From a virus (Duplodnaviria; Caudoviricetes): DNA of 35,627 bases. Shown piece after piece: positions 26,362 through 35,097 of the stretch. Made by a program: the position numbers and the translations under genes. The DNA lies in IMG/VR virus record IMGVR_UViG_3300036987_000044, positions 1 to 35,627 of that record; one strand, 5' to 3'. The notes under the pieces were generated by a model. That model made no database searches, was not told the DNA's origin, and saw nothing but the letters and a program-made list of their open reading frames with translations. The first letter of the stretch is position 1. Each line of letters begins with the position of its first letter.

Positions 26362-26667
26362 TCATTTATTGATTACTTGATAATTAGCTTTTTCGGTGGT
26401 TATGATGATGCTCTTCTTTGCCTCAATTTCTTGTTTCACGGCTGTTTTCACAGCGTTTAACCTTTGCTCTTTAACTTTATACTCTCGCGGCGTTTCAACC
26501 CTCTCAAAGCTCACTTTCTTAAAATTTTTGTTCCGAAATTTTTCGAGGTTTTCATGTACTTCTTTTTTGGTAAATAGCTTTGCGTATTCTCGGTTTGTAA
26601 CCCATCCTTTTTCAGCGGCAAACCGGTGGCTAATTAGGTCTACTATTATGTAGAATTCACTCTTCAT
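26362..26667 (-). CDS. Hypothetical protein
   Basis: 101 aa in the tightly packed operon. Confidence 0.6.
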   Translation of the reverse strand: MKSEFYIIVDLISHRFAAEKGWVTNREYAKLFTKKEVHENLEKFRNKNFKKVSFERVETPREYKVKEQRLNAVKTAVKQEIEAKKSIIITTEKANYQVINK

Positions 26668-27061
26668 TTTTCAGTTCCTCAATTATGCCAAGTTCTATTA
26701 ATTCGGCTTTTTGAGAAAATGTTAATTGGAATCCTTTGCTTTCATTATAGGTAAGTTTTAACTCCGGTAAGGTTATATCCATTTCGAGAATAACTTCAAC
26801 AGTGCTATTATACTCCGATACTCTTTGGGGGTCTATCTTATCCGGGAGGCGGCTGTTTTCACTATAAAAGTTTTTAACAATTTTATTTAATGTTCCATTA
26901 TAAATTGCTAGTTGTTTATTTACTTCCATTGCTAAAGTAGTGAGGGCATAATCTTTAACGCCGGGCAAATTTGGTACACTCTGATTAATTAGAGTGTTTA
27001 ATGTTCTTAGGTTTTTGTTTTTTACTACCATGGGTTTACTCCTTTCAATTGTTGCAAACAT
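26657..27061 (-). CDS. Hypothetical protein
   Basis: Likely start MVVKNK after AAGGAG. Confidence 0.65.
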   Translation of the reverse strand: MFATIERSKPMVVKNKNLRTLNTLINQSVPNLPGVKDYALTTLAMEVNKQLAIYNGTLNKIVKNFYSENSRLPDKIDPQRVSEYNSTVEVILEMDITLPELKLTYNESKGFQLTFSQKAELIELGIIEELKNEE

Positions 27062-27222
27062 TTTACTTTCCTTCTATACTTGTGTAATATCTGATCTACC
27101 CCGCCTACCGATATACCTTTCATTTCGGCTATCTCTTCACGGGAATAATTTTTTAACTGAAGGTCTGCCAGTTCTTGCTCATGCGCTGTTATCATATATT
27201 TGCGCTTGCCTACAAGAATCAT
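27025..27222 (-). CDS. LuxR/sigma region 4-type HTH protein
   Basis: TAHEQELA...YSREEIAEMKGISVGGV. Confidence 0.7.
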   Translation of the reverse strand: MILVGKRKYMITAHEQELADLQLKNYSREEIAEMKGISVGGVDQILHKYRRKVKCLQQLKGVNPW

Positions 27223-27632
27223 ATTGGAATTCCTAATGTTCTTTTTATCTGTTGAACTTGTTTCATGTTATTCTCTAATAGATCATCTAGCTTAATACCA
27301 ATTCTAAATTTTTCATTATCGGTAATTTTGCCATCTCTAATAGCTCTCATAACTTCAGAGCTAAAAAGGCTCATGTTATAATCGATAGTGCCCGATAATC
27401 CAATGGTAAGATTAGTGAGAAGTGATATTTCGTCCGGTGTGCCGCTTAAAATTCCTACTTCAACCAACAGCTTTTTAATCTTGAAATAATATTCATCATC
27501 AACATCTTTAGCGCCGTTCAGCTGATAGCTTAAAGTCTTTTCATTCAGTCCAACTTCGCTAGCAATCCAATTCTGTTTTAATTTGCGTTCGTTAAAAATC
27601 TTTTTTAGTTCAATTTGCCTTTCGCCGTCCAT
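27219..27632 (-). CDS. CII-like HTH regulator
   Basis: QNWIASEVGLNEKTLSYQLN HTH plus AIRDGKITDNE, reminiscent of phage 186 CII-type proteins. Confidence 0.65.
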   Translation of the reverse strand: MDGERQIELKKIFNERKLKQNWIASEVGLNEKTLSYQLNGAKDVDDEYYFKIKKLLVEVGILSGTPDEISLLTNLTIGLSGTIDYNMSLFSSEVMRAIRDGKITDNEKFRIGIKLDDLLENNMKQVQQIKRTLGIPI

Positions 27633-27806
27633 TGTTCCCTCGGTTTAGATTTATCCTAACGTTTCGGATTATTTGTCTAAGTATTTAATTGTAGCGTTTT
27701 GCAATTTACCCTCAGCAATTAGGAGGTTATATGTTTATAGAATTTATTTCCTTTCGAATTTCGGGCATTATGATTGTGCCCATATCTTTAGAAAAAAACT
27801 TTACCA

Positions 27807-28022
27807 TTAACTAACCAACTCTTTAATACGTGCCAACATGCTAGGCGCTTTTCTATTGAAAGCCATTGAAATAAAAGATTCGGTTACATCAAACTTATCA
27901 GCCAAGTCTTTACGGTACTTTTTAATACCATACTTCTTAATGGCTTTTAGCTCAATATCTTCTGAGTTTAATTTTTTGCCGACTTGCGCCAGTTTTAGTT
28001 TTTGCGATAATGTTAATTGCAT
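27807..28022 (-). CDS. Cro-like HTH protein
   Basis: 71 aa; RKDLADKFDVTESFISMAF; divergent from the repressor. Confidence 0.65.
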   Translation of the reverse strand: MQLTLSQKLKLAQVGKKLNSEDIELKAIKKYGIKKYRKDLADKFDVTESFISMAFNRKAPSMLARIKELVS

Positions 28023-28070
28023 GTTATGCCTACTCTTTATTATTTTAAGTGCTATGTTAAAGGAGTTACT

Positions 28071-28310
28071 ATGAAGATCGAATTAGTGAAGCTTTCCCCC
28101 GCTTCAGTTCCTAACAAGGTAAAAGCTGATTTGAAAATCACGGATGATATTCCCGAAACCGGACCGGTTGACAGCGCGGCTGTAACAATTTCCATCTTTG
28201 CGGATGAAAAAGATTTTAATGAGTTGGAACTTGACGCTAAAAAAGAGTGCATTAGATTTCTCTCCCGTTGCATTGACAACTTGGAAGGTCAATTATTCCA
28301 TCATTTATAG
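28071..28310 (+). CDS. 79-aa counter-oriented hypothetical protein
   Basis: AAGGAG RBS before ATG 28071 (MKIELVKLSP...). Confidence 0.65.
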   Translation: MKIELVKLSPASVPNKVKADLKITDDIPETGPVDSAAVTISIFADEKDFNELELDAKKECIRFLSRCIDNLEGQLFHHL

Positions 28311-28485
28311 CGCGGTTAATTGATGTTGCTAGGTATTTGTAAACAAGCTTAGTAAAAAAGCTTTGTAATTTTCTTTGTACATAACTTGTTTTTTTCATTC
28401 TCAGCGCGCGGGCAAGGCGGTCACTTTCTTTAATTGCGCGGCTGGTATCGAGTGTTATTTTTACTGTAACTGGTTTTTGTGGCAT
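28252..28485 (-). CDS. First gene of the leftward operon, hypothetical
   Basis: ATG 28485 preferred because ATG 28536 lies within the promoter. Confidence 0.45.
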   Translation of the reverse strand: MPQKPVTVKITLDTSRAIKESDRLARALRMKKTSYVQRKLQSFFTKLVYKYLATSINRAINDGIIDLPSCQCNGREI

Positions 28486-28531
28486 GTTGCGCTCTCTTGA
28501 AATTGTTAAGGGCTTTTTAATATCAAGGGCT

Positions 28532-28586
28532 AACATAATACAATTGTCATAATCTTGTCAAGAAAAAAATATTACAATTTTCATAT
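28532..28586. promoter_or_regulatory. Divergent promoter/operator switch region
   Basis: Leftward TTGACA (28561-28556) N18 TATGTT; repeats TACAATTGTCATA (28539-28551) and TACAATTTTCATA (28573-28585). Confidence 0.6.
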
Positions 28587-29024
28587 ATGAATAAAAAACT
28601 TGAAATAGGCGCTAAATTAAAAGAATTTGCCAAAAAAAAATTTGGTAGTATTGCCGCTTTAGAACGCGAATTAAACAAACCCGCCGCCTATTTTCAAAAT
28701 TATATCAATGGCCGGAGTTATTTAGGTGGCGATATTCTATGTCAATTGTCAGAATTAGGGTGTGATATAAATTGGCTGTTAACCGGAGAAAAAGGAGATA
28801 AACATATAATAAAAGAACCGGAGGGGCAATACAATATGGGTGAGTACACAAACCTTTTTGCGGAGGTACATGCACTTAGAGAAGAGATCAAAGAATATAA
28901 GATTATGATTTTTGACCTTCAGCGCGCAAATGAAAGACTTACAAAAGAGAATAAATCTCTTACCAAAACCAATACCGAATTAAAGAACGAACTAATCGAA
29001 ATTCAAAAACAACAAACAAATTGA
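28587..29024 (+). CDS. CI-like XRE repressor with coiled-coil C-terminus
   Basis: SIAALERELN...YINGRS...GCDINWLLTGE; no S24 peptidase domain visible. Confidence 0.8.
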   Translation: MNKKLEIGAKLKEFAKKKFGSIAALERELNKPAAYFQNYINGRSYLGGDILCQLSELGCDINWLLTGEKGDKHIIKEPEGQYNMGEYTNLFAEVHALREEIKEYKIMIFDLQRANERLTKENKSLTKTNTELKNELIEIQKQQTN

Positions 29025-29030
29025 GGGGTT

Positions 29031-29483
29031 ATGAAAACCTTATTAGCAATTAGCATTTTAGCTTTACTTACCTCATGTACAACTATGCAACCAATTACAA
29101 GTGAACAGAAACATCATGAAAGAGTTTTAACCCATGAACTAACAAAAGATCAAGCCTATGATGCCGCAATAGAATGGATTGCAAAAAAGTTTAATAGCGC
29201 AAATGACGCGGTTCAATTAAAAGATAAAGAGAATGGTAAAATTATTATTCAAGGTGTAGGCTCCTATTATTATGATGCTCTTCAATCTGTCCTACTAAAT
29301 TACAGATATACAATGACCGTGCGGGTTGCTGATAATAAAGTTAAATTCGAATTTGATACACTAAGCTTAACTAGCGGTAGAGATATTCAGCAAGGTGACG
29401 TTTATAAAATACAAGCTGATTATAATTTGATAATGGAAAACATGTTGCAATCATTTAAGAATTATAAGAATGATGGGTTTTGA
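29031..29483 (+). CDS. Lipoprotein (DUF4468-like), superinfection exclusion candidate
   Basis: LTS-C lipobox; WIAKKFNSA...QLKDKENGKIIIQG. Confidence 0.7.
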   Translation: MKTLLAISILALLTSCTTMQPITSEQKHHERVLTHELTKDQAYDAAIEWIAKKFNSANDAVQLKDKENGKIIIQGVGSYYYDALQSVLLNYRYTMTVRVADNKVKFEFDTLSLTSGRDIQQGDVYKIQADYNLIMENMLQSFKNYKNDGF

Positions 29484-29992
29484 TGAAACTTCGCAAAAGT
29501 ACACTACAAACAAAAGCGGCTCCGGCTTTCTATGAGAAAGTCGGGGTGTATATAGAACAATGGTTAAACAGTAACCATAAACTAAGACTTCGACCGGGTA
29601 CACAAAAAGAACTTTCGAGCGAATTAAAAAAATATGGAGTAGTCGCTACCCCTTCGCAACTCAGCCGCTACATAAATGGAATTAACGAAATGCCCGCGCG
29701 AGTTGTAAATGTTATAATAGATCAGCTAGGTTTTAAGGCACAAACCTTCTCAGATTATTACATAAAACAAAGGGAGAATATTAACCTAGAACTTCTCACA
29801 AAAGAAGATCTCTATAAACTGATAGCGGAGCAAACACTTATAATAAAAGAATGGAAGGATATCGCCAATAATTATAGCGGTAGAGTGCACAAGCTTTTAG
29901 ATGATAATGTAGCGTTAGTTAAAGCTATGCACAAAAGTATATCCGAAAATGAAGAAATGCGGAAAGAGATTAGAAGCTTAAAAAGAGATTAA
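29480..29992 (+). CDS. Second XRE-HTH plus coiled-coil protein
   Basis: TQKELSSEL...TPSQLSRYING..MP. Confidence 0.7.
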   Translation: MMKLRKSTLQTKAAPAFYEKVGVYIEQWLNSNHKLRLRPGTQKELSSELKKYGVVATPSQLSRYINGINEMPARVVNVIIDQLGFKAQTFSDYYIKQRENINLELLTKEDLYKLIAEQTLIIKEWKDIANNYSGRVHKLLDDNVALVKAMHKSISENEEMRKEIRSLKRD

Positions 29993-30099
29993 AAAAGCAG
30001 ATACGCAACCCCGCAACATTAACCACAATTCGCAATAATGCAAGTATCACGCTAACACCTTTCAAAAAAACAAAATACAATTTTCCAAAACCACCCATA

Positions 30100-30127
30100 A
30101 AAAGCAATAATATACATTATGTAATCA
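30100..30127 (-). other. dif-like (XerCD) site, candidate attP
   Basis: TGATTACATAA-TGTATA-TTATTGCTTTT; 15 contiguous nt identical to the E. coli dif core. Confidence 0.6.
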
Positions 30128-30303
30128 GTCTATCTAACTTTATCACTTAATCTATTTGGCATTAACAACTTATTTAATAATATTTTATGCAAGTTTAGTT
30201 ACCTGCTTTTAAATTGCCAAATACGCAATTTTTACGCAATAAATAATAATTGCAATCATGTACATCTTTTTCATATTTCTATACATGACCGGCTTATCAT
30301 GAA

Positions 30304-30660
30304 TCATTTTACTAAAAAAAGTATTGCAGTTACCACAATTACCGCCGCGGCAAAACCATAACCAAATTTATTATACCATGCGGGCTTAATGTCTAACTGT
30401 TCGCGGAGGTTTTCAATCATTCTATCTTTTAGTTCTATCAGAGTGTTTTTATCATCAATGCTCCGGTAAAGAATTCCAACTTCACTTATAAGTGAAGTAT
30501 TTACCTTTCTACATGATTCTAGCTCAATGCTAGTTTTGATGATGTGCTTAAACTCCGCTAAAGTTATTAAGACTTTACTGGAATCAATAGGATAGATTTG
30601 CGCGGTGTTTGTAGTATAAGCGAATAAGACTATCAACATTGTGAGTATTATTAACTTCAT
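30304..30660 (-). CDS. Spanin-like protein 2
   Basis: N-terminal hydrophobic signal, coiled coil and C-terminal TM; overlaps the upstream spanin-like gene. Confidence 0.55.
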   Translation of the reverse strand: MKLIILTMLIVLFAYTTNTAQIYPIDSSKVLITLAEFKHIIKTSIELESCRKVNTSLISEVGILYRSIDDKNTLIELKDRMIENLREQLDIKPAWYNKFGYGFAAAVIVVTAILFLVK

Positions 30661-30895
30661 TTTGAAGTTCCTTTTTTTCAATTATCCAATATTTAATTTC
30701 ATTCTGGTAAATCTTTACGCTATCTACCCGGCGGGCATCTCTCGCTTGAATGCTGTCAATTGCTAACTGAAGTTTTTCATTTTGTTTTTCGTACATCCGT
30801 TTTAAGTTACCTTCAGCGCTACAGCTTTTCATTTCGGAAATTACTAGTAAAGCTACAATGAATAAAAGAAGTCCAATCATTATTTTGTCTTTCAT
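30584..30895 (-). CDS. Spanin-like protein 1 (Rz-like)
   Basis: N-terminal TM plus coiled coil directly after the endolysin. Confidence 0.6.
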   Translation of the reverse strand: MKDKIMIGLLLFIVALLVISEMKSCSAEGNLKRMYEKQNEKLQLAIDSIQARDARRVDSVKIYQNEIKYWIIEKKELQNEVNNTHNVDSLIRLYYKHRANLSY

Positions 30896-31443
30896 AACAC
30901 ATCCACATGTAAACAGTTATTCTGTCGCTCCTCAACAAAACCTTTTATCATTGGAACCGCCCCGGCTTTTATAGCGGAGATTAGAGCTTGCTTTTCATCA
31001 GTAATAGAATTTGCGCCGCCGCCAATATCAAACGACTTTCCGGCAAAGTGTGGAGATGGATTAAATAAATCCCCTTTCCGGTCCTTTCCCGTTCTACCTA
31101 TGTATGATAAAAGTAACTTGGCTTGCAATGGAGGATTTATAATTACATTCGCGTTTAATAATTTGCTCCATGCTAACTGCCATGAGTAGATCTGTTCACC
31201 ATTATAAACGACTTTCGAATTCACATCATCATTTATAAATTCATCTTTGATGTTTTTTCTTGTAAGATAATCTTTGATTATTCTCAATTGATCATTCGCC
31301 GTTCTTATACCGGAGGTTACATAGGCAATTAGATTTACAGCTCTGAAATAAGGCTCCAGTTTATAAATAGCATCATCTAACTTTTCATTGAGAATAACAT
31401 TCTGTTTTACAATTAAATATTTATTTTGCTTCGATTTCATCAC
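30892..31443 (-). CDS. Endolysin, peptidase M15-like
   Basis: TSGIRT, SPHFAGKSFDI and CLHVD zinc-ligand motifs. Confidence 0.8.
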   Translation of the reverse strand: MMKSKQNKYLIVKQNVILNEKLDDAIYKLEPYFRAVNLIAYVTSGIRTANDQLRIIKDYLTRKNIKDEFINDDVNSKVVYNGEQIYSWQLAWSKLLNANVIINPPLQAKLLLSYIGRTGKDRKGDLFNPSPHFAGKSFDIGGGANSITDEKQALISAIKAGAVPMIKGFVEERQNNCLHVDVL

Positions 31444-31684
31444 TAGCCTCTTTCGGTTTTTTTATTGCCTCAACTACTTTAATACCAAACAAAAGATTTA
31501 AGCTACCCATTATTATTGCGGCGTAAGGTAGAATTAAATCTTTATAAGCGAATGTTACATACAAAAATGAAATAGTAATTGCGGGCACCCATTGAACAAT
31601 AGAATAAAAAACATTCACTCTAGATGAACTTGGCTCATTGTTTTTGCTTAATGCTTTTTTAAGGAATTCGTATAAGTCTTTCAT
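31421..31684 (-). CDS. Holin
   Basis: 87 aa, two TM segments, charged C-terminus, upstream of the endolysin. Confidence 0.7.
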   Translation of the reverse strand: MKDLYEFLKKALSKNNEPSSSRVNVFYSIVQWVPAITISFLYVTFAYKDLILPYAAIIMGSLNLLFGIKVVEAIKKPKEASDEIEAK

Positions 31685-31686
31685 TT

Positions 31687-32034
31687 TTACCTCTCAAATA
31701 AAGTTTCGTTATAAGGTACCCCGAACAGCATTTGTACGCCGGTAATAAGTAGATAAACCGGCAACCATAACCATCCAAACCAGAGCTGTTGTTTGTAATG
31801 TTTAAGTTCATGTTCGAAGTTTGAAGCCCATGCTTTCATTAAAATAAATTCCCCTAGGTTTATACCGTTCCCGATTGAAAGATTAGGAAAGTTTTTTACT
31901 GCCAAGGTAACAGCGTTTTTTGTGCTCCAATAAAACCTATCTACTTTTTTATTAGTTGCAATTAGGTAAATCCAAAACATTACCCCAAATAATGTTTGAG
32001 GCAATGTCCAAAGTATTTTAAGTATCAACATCAT
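31687..32034 (-). CDS. Membrane protein with HEXXH motif
   Basis: Hydrophobic ends; GINLGEFI...HELKHYKQ...FE. Confidence 0.7.
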   Translation of the reverse strand: MMLILKILWTLPQTLFGVMFWIYLIATNKKVDRFYWSTKNAVTLAVKNFPNLSIGNGINLGEFILMKAWASNFEHELKHYKQQLWFGWLWLPVYLLITGVQMLFGVPYNETLFER

Positions 32035-32255
32035 TTTCGTAATGCCTCTATTTCTTCATCAGTTAATTCAAAAGGTTGCTCGCCTAATACATAAGCCTTA
32101 TCGGTATAAATAATAAACTCTGTATCATTTTCGCATCCGAATAAATCGCAAGTTAATACGTCTTGATTCTGTGAATCTGTCTGAATAAATCTGCAATTAA
32201 CTTTCGTTACTTGATGCCCTAAAAATTCAAACGGTTGTTCGATTATCTTTTCCAT
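32031..32255 (-). CDS. Small acidic protein after the receptor-binding gene
   Basis: 74 aa abutting the upstream stop. Confidence 0.6.
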   Translation of the reverse strand: MEKIIEQPFEFLGHQVTKVNCRFIQTDSQNQDVLTCDLFGCENDTEFIIYTDKAYVLGEQPFELTDEEIEALRK

Positions 32256-34769
32256 TTAGTTGCCTACTTTTATGAGTTCCAATATTACATCTAAAGTTTG
32301 ACCTGCGGTTGCGTGTTCAACATAAAGAGTTCGCTCCGCTGTTTCTGAATACCCAGCATTGGCAGTTGCCGCTAAGGTTGCTAAGGTCGCTGTAGTGCTT
32401 GCTGTTGTTGCCGCAACCACTTGTTCGCCACCGCTTGAGCTACCTATCTTAATACCAGTTAAACTATCGCTACCTTTTAATCTTATTGAGGCAATACGAT
32501 AACCACGAGGTACAACTCCGCTTAATGTTGTTGCTGTATTAGCAATACTCTTTTTAATTTCTCGGTGTATAGGTGGTCTTGTAACGGTCGTTAAACAAAT
32601 AGGAGTTCCAGAAGTCGCACCACTTAATTGGTTACCACTTGCATCAATCCATCCTAAGTTCCCCGCATTCTGCGGCGGCAAGTCTAAGACGTTGCCAATG
32701 GAAATTAAGGAAACATTGTCTATTTTATAAACTGCCGCACCATTGCTTGATAAATAAAGCCTTGTTCCATTACTGCTATAAACCCAAGTAAATTCGGTGG
32801 TATGGGTACCATCGGCTAGAGGGAATGTGTGCAATATTGTACCATCAAAGGTCTGTAAATCTAACTTACCACTTGCATAATTAGAAAAGGTTACAGAAAC
32901 TTTATATTTTTTGCCTACAATTAAAGAAGGGATTGCTTGATACATTGAACCACTTGCAGTTACATCTATATTATCAGTACCATAAGCAAAACCTCCACCT
33001 AAAGTCCAACCAGTAGCAGAACCAGTAAACGTGCCATTAGTAATTAACTCCGTATTACTCGCTCCCTTATCGCTAAAGGGGATTGCGTATTCAGTCGGGC
33101 TTCCGTTGTTATAATATGCAAGAACTTCTGATAGAGTAAGTCCTTTATTGAAATGTTTAACATCCGCAATATTACCATTGGCAGTTGGGTTTTCGTTATA
33201 AGCACCAATAAAATAATTACGAACAAGGTTTTCCATCGCCACAAAAGAACCGCTGTTATCGTTTGTATCATCAACTCTAATTCCATTAATATATAACCTT
33301 ATACCAGTTGAAGCTCCACTACCGTCATAAGTCATAGCAATATGAATCCACTTACCCTCCAGTGAAGTGACTACCGTATTATATAATCTACCTATGTAAG
33401 CATTTGCGCTCGCATCCCACAGTTGAGTAACTAACTTATCGGCAGTATTCACCCGAAGGATATATTCTTTATTATTAGTTGAGCTTTCAAATTTACTGAT
33501 TATACCAAAATTTGTTGCATCAGTCATTTTTAACCATACCAGAATAGACATACCACCCGAAACAAACGATAGGTTATTATTGTCTGGTATAATAACGCCT
33601 TGCGATGGTGCTAATAAGTACCCTCCCTCATCCCCCTTGCTATGCACGGCGCGGTTGAAGATTGCATCGGTTATGTTTGTTACTCCGGTTATTACCGGGG
33701 CGCTTAATGTTTTATTTGTTAATGTAGCGGTGGCGCTGTTTTTTGTGGAATCGCTTGTATTGTCAACATTACCAAGACCTACTAATGTTTTATCATGGGT
33801 TACTTGGCTATGGTCGTATGCTGTTTTGCCTCTATCTCCGCGGTAAGCTGTAGAGCTTGTTTCACCTAAAGCTAATGATGCGGAAATTTCCACGTAAGCC
33901 GTACCGCTCCAACGATAGGTTAAATTAGTATCGAGTGTTACATATATTTTACCGGTTTCTCCGGTTACGGGAAGCGCGGCATAATTAGCAACCTCTACAA
34001 CATCATCAACGTAACTTGGTAATTGTGTGGAGGGAACTTTCCCTTCTACTAAATCAGCCTTTAATGTTAAATCCGGGAGGTTATCTAAATTACTGTAGGA
34101 ATGTTTGTGCAATGTTGTTGCGCCGGAATCGGTCAAATCTGTAGCATTAATATCACTTATATTATTTACTTCAGCTCCGGCTTCAATCCCACTTAATTTG
34201 TTTTTTTCTGTAGTAGTATAATCTTCAGTGCTTAACCCTTTGCCGGTTACTTTATCTACTTTATTGCCAAGTAATAAATCGGCGGCGGCGGTTGTATAGA
34301 CTAGAATACCTTCTACATCATCAGCTTCAGCATTTACTTTTGGAACTTTGCCCGCGCCAATTTCGCTAATTAAAATAGGGAAATAGCGCTCTCCATCCTC
34401 CGGTAAATCAGTACCATCATACGGGGTTCTAACATCGCCCAATAATTCTATTTCGGATTTCTCAATAAGTGTAACTTCGGGGTCACTATTTAACTGAGCT
34501 ACTACATCATAATAGAGTACATCTTCAGTTCTATCTTGTGTATCTGTAGCATCGAATATAAATTCTAATTTTGTACGTGTGCCAACTTTTGTAACTGTTA
34601 TACTTGTGCCACCGGCTAAATCATTTTTAAGTTCTATTATTCTATCGGCTGTTATAGAATCAATAGCTTTAGCTGTTAACCATATTTTATAAAGTGAATA
34701 ATCCCCATTTATAAAAACAGTTACTACATGCCGCGCGCCTCTGTAAAATTCTTTAATGTCATATTTCAT
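32256..34769 (-). CDS. Tail fibre/receptor-binding protein with LamG-like and carbohydrate-binding domains
   Basis: KVDKVTGKGLSTEDYTT.EK.KL and GKVPSTQLPSYVDDV fibre motifs; LamG WIHIAMTYDG...LYING; ELITNGTF...WT CBM-like segment. Confidence 0.85.
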   Translation of the reverse strand: MKYDIKEFYRGARHVVTVFINGDYSLYKIWLTAKAIDSITADRIIELKNDLAGGTSITVTKVGTRTKLEFIFDATDTQDRTEDVLYYDVVAQLNSDPEVTLIEKSEIELLGDVRTPYDGTDLPEDGERYFPILISEIGAGKVPKVNAEADDVEGILVYTTAAADLLLGNKVDKVTGKGLSTEDYTTTEKNKLSGIEAGAEVNNISDINATDLTDSGATTLHKHSYSNLDNLPDLTLKADLVEGKVPSTQLPSYVDDVVEVANYAALPVTGETGKIYVTLDTNLTYRWSGTAYVEISASLALGETSSTAYRGDRGKTAYDHSQVTHDKTLVGLGNVDNTSDSTKNSATATLTNKTLSAPVITGVTNITDAIFNRAVHSKGDEGGYLLAPSQGVIIPDNNNLSFVSGGMSILVWLKMTDATNFGIISKFESSTNNKEYILRVNTADKLVTQLWDASANAYIGRLYNTVVTSLEGKWIHIAMTYDGSGASTGIRLYINGIRVDDTNDNSGSFVAMENLVRNYFIGAYNENPTANGNIADVKHFNKGLTLSEVLAYYNNGSPTEYAIPFSDKGASNTELITNGTFTGSATGWTLGGGFAYGTDNIDVTASGSMYQAIPSLIVGKKYKVSVTFSNYASGKLDLQTFDGTILHTFPLADGTHTTEFTWVYSSNGTRLYLSSNGAAVYKIDNVSLISIGNVLDLPPQNAGNLGWIDASGNQLSGATSGTPICLTTVTRPPIHREIKKSIANTATTLSGVVPRGYRIASIRLKGSDSLTGIKIGSSSGGEQVVAATTASTTATLATLAATANAGYSETAERTLYVEHATAGQTLDVILELIKVGN

Positions 34770-35068
34770 TAGTTACCTCCATGCATAGCTTTACAAAAAT
34801 CTTTAGTTACATAATTCTCACGTAACTCTTCAGAAAGGCTGTCTATCTTTGTGTCGAGCTTTTCAGTAATCTTATCACCAAGCGCATGAATATTTTTATT
34901 GGTTTCCTCAAATCTTGTAAGATAATTTTTTTCTATCTCTACAGCTTTTTTAACGGAATCATTCAACTTTTTTTGAAAGCCGCTGAATATAACACTTGCT
35001 AAAAATCCAATTACAGCAAGCGCCGCCGTTACCATTGATCCGAAAACAATAAAAGTGTATTGGTCCAT
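34769..35068 (-). CDS. Single-TM coiled-coil protein (holin/antiholin-like)
   Basis: ATG 35068 after AGGGGAG; one TM then coiled coil ending YVTKDFC. Confidence 0.6.
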   Translation of the reverse strand: MDQYTFIVFGSMVTAALAVIGFLASVIFSGFQKKLNDSVKKAVEIEKNYLTRFEETNKNIHALGDKITEKLDTKIDSLSEELRENYVTKDFCKAMHGGN

Positions 35069-35097
35069 AACTACTCCCCTTCTCTGGATTATGATTA

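Noticed and set aside
456-27236. The plus-strand ORFs in the track across the structural and early regions
   Set aside because: They lie antisense to well-supported minus-strand genes and show no recognisable motifs.
27731-27814. 27-aa plus-strand ORF with AGGAGG RBS, antisense to a 26-aa minus-strand ORF
   Set aside because: Too short to choose between them or support either without expression or conservation data.
30671-30678. A AAA AAG slippery site fusing the two spanin-like ORFs
   Set aside because: The -1 frame stops within a few codons; the second ORF is in the +1 frame and has its own ATG.
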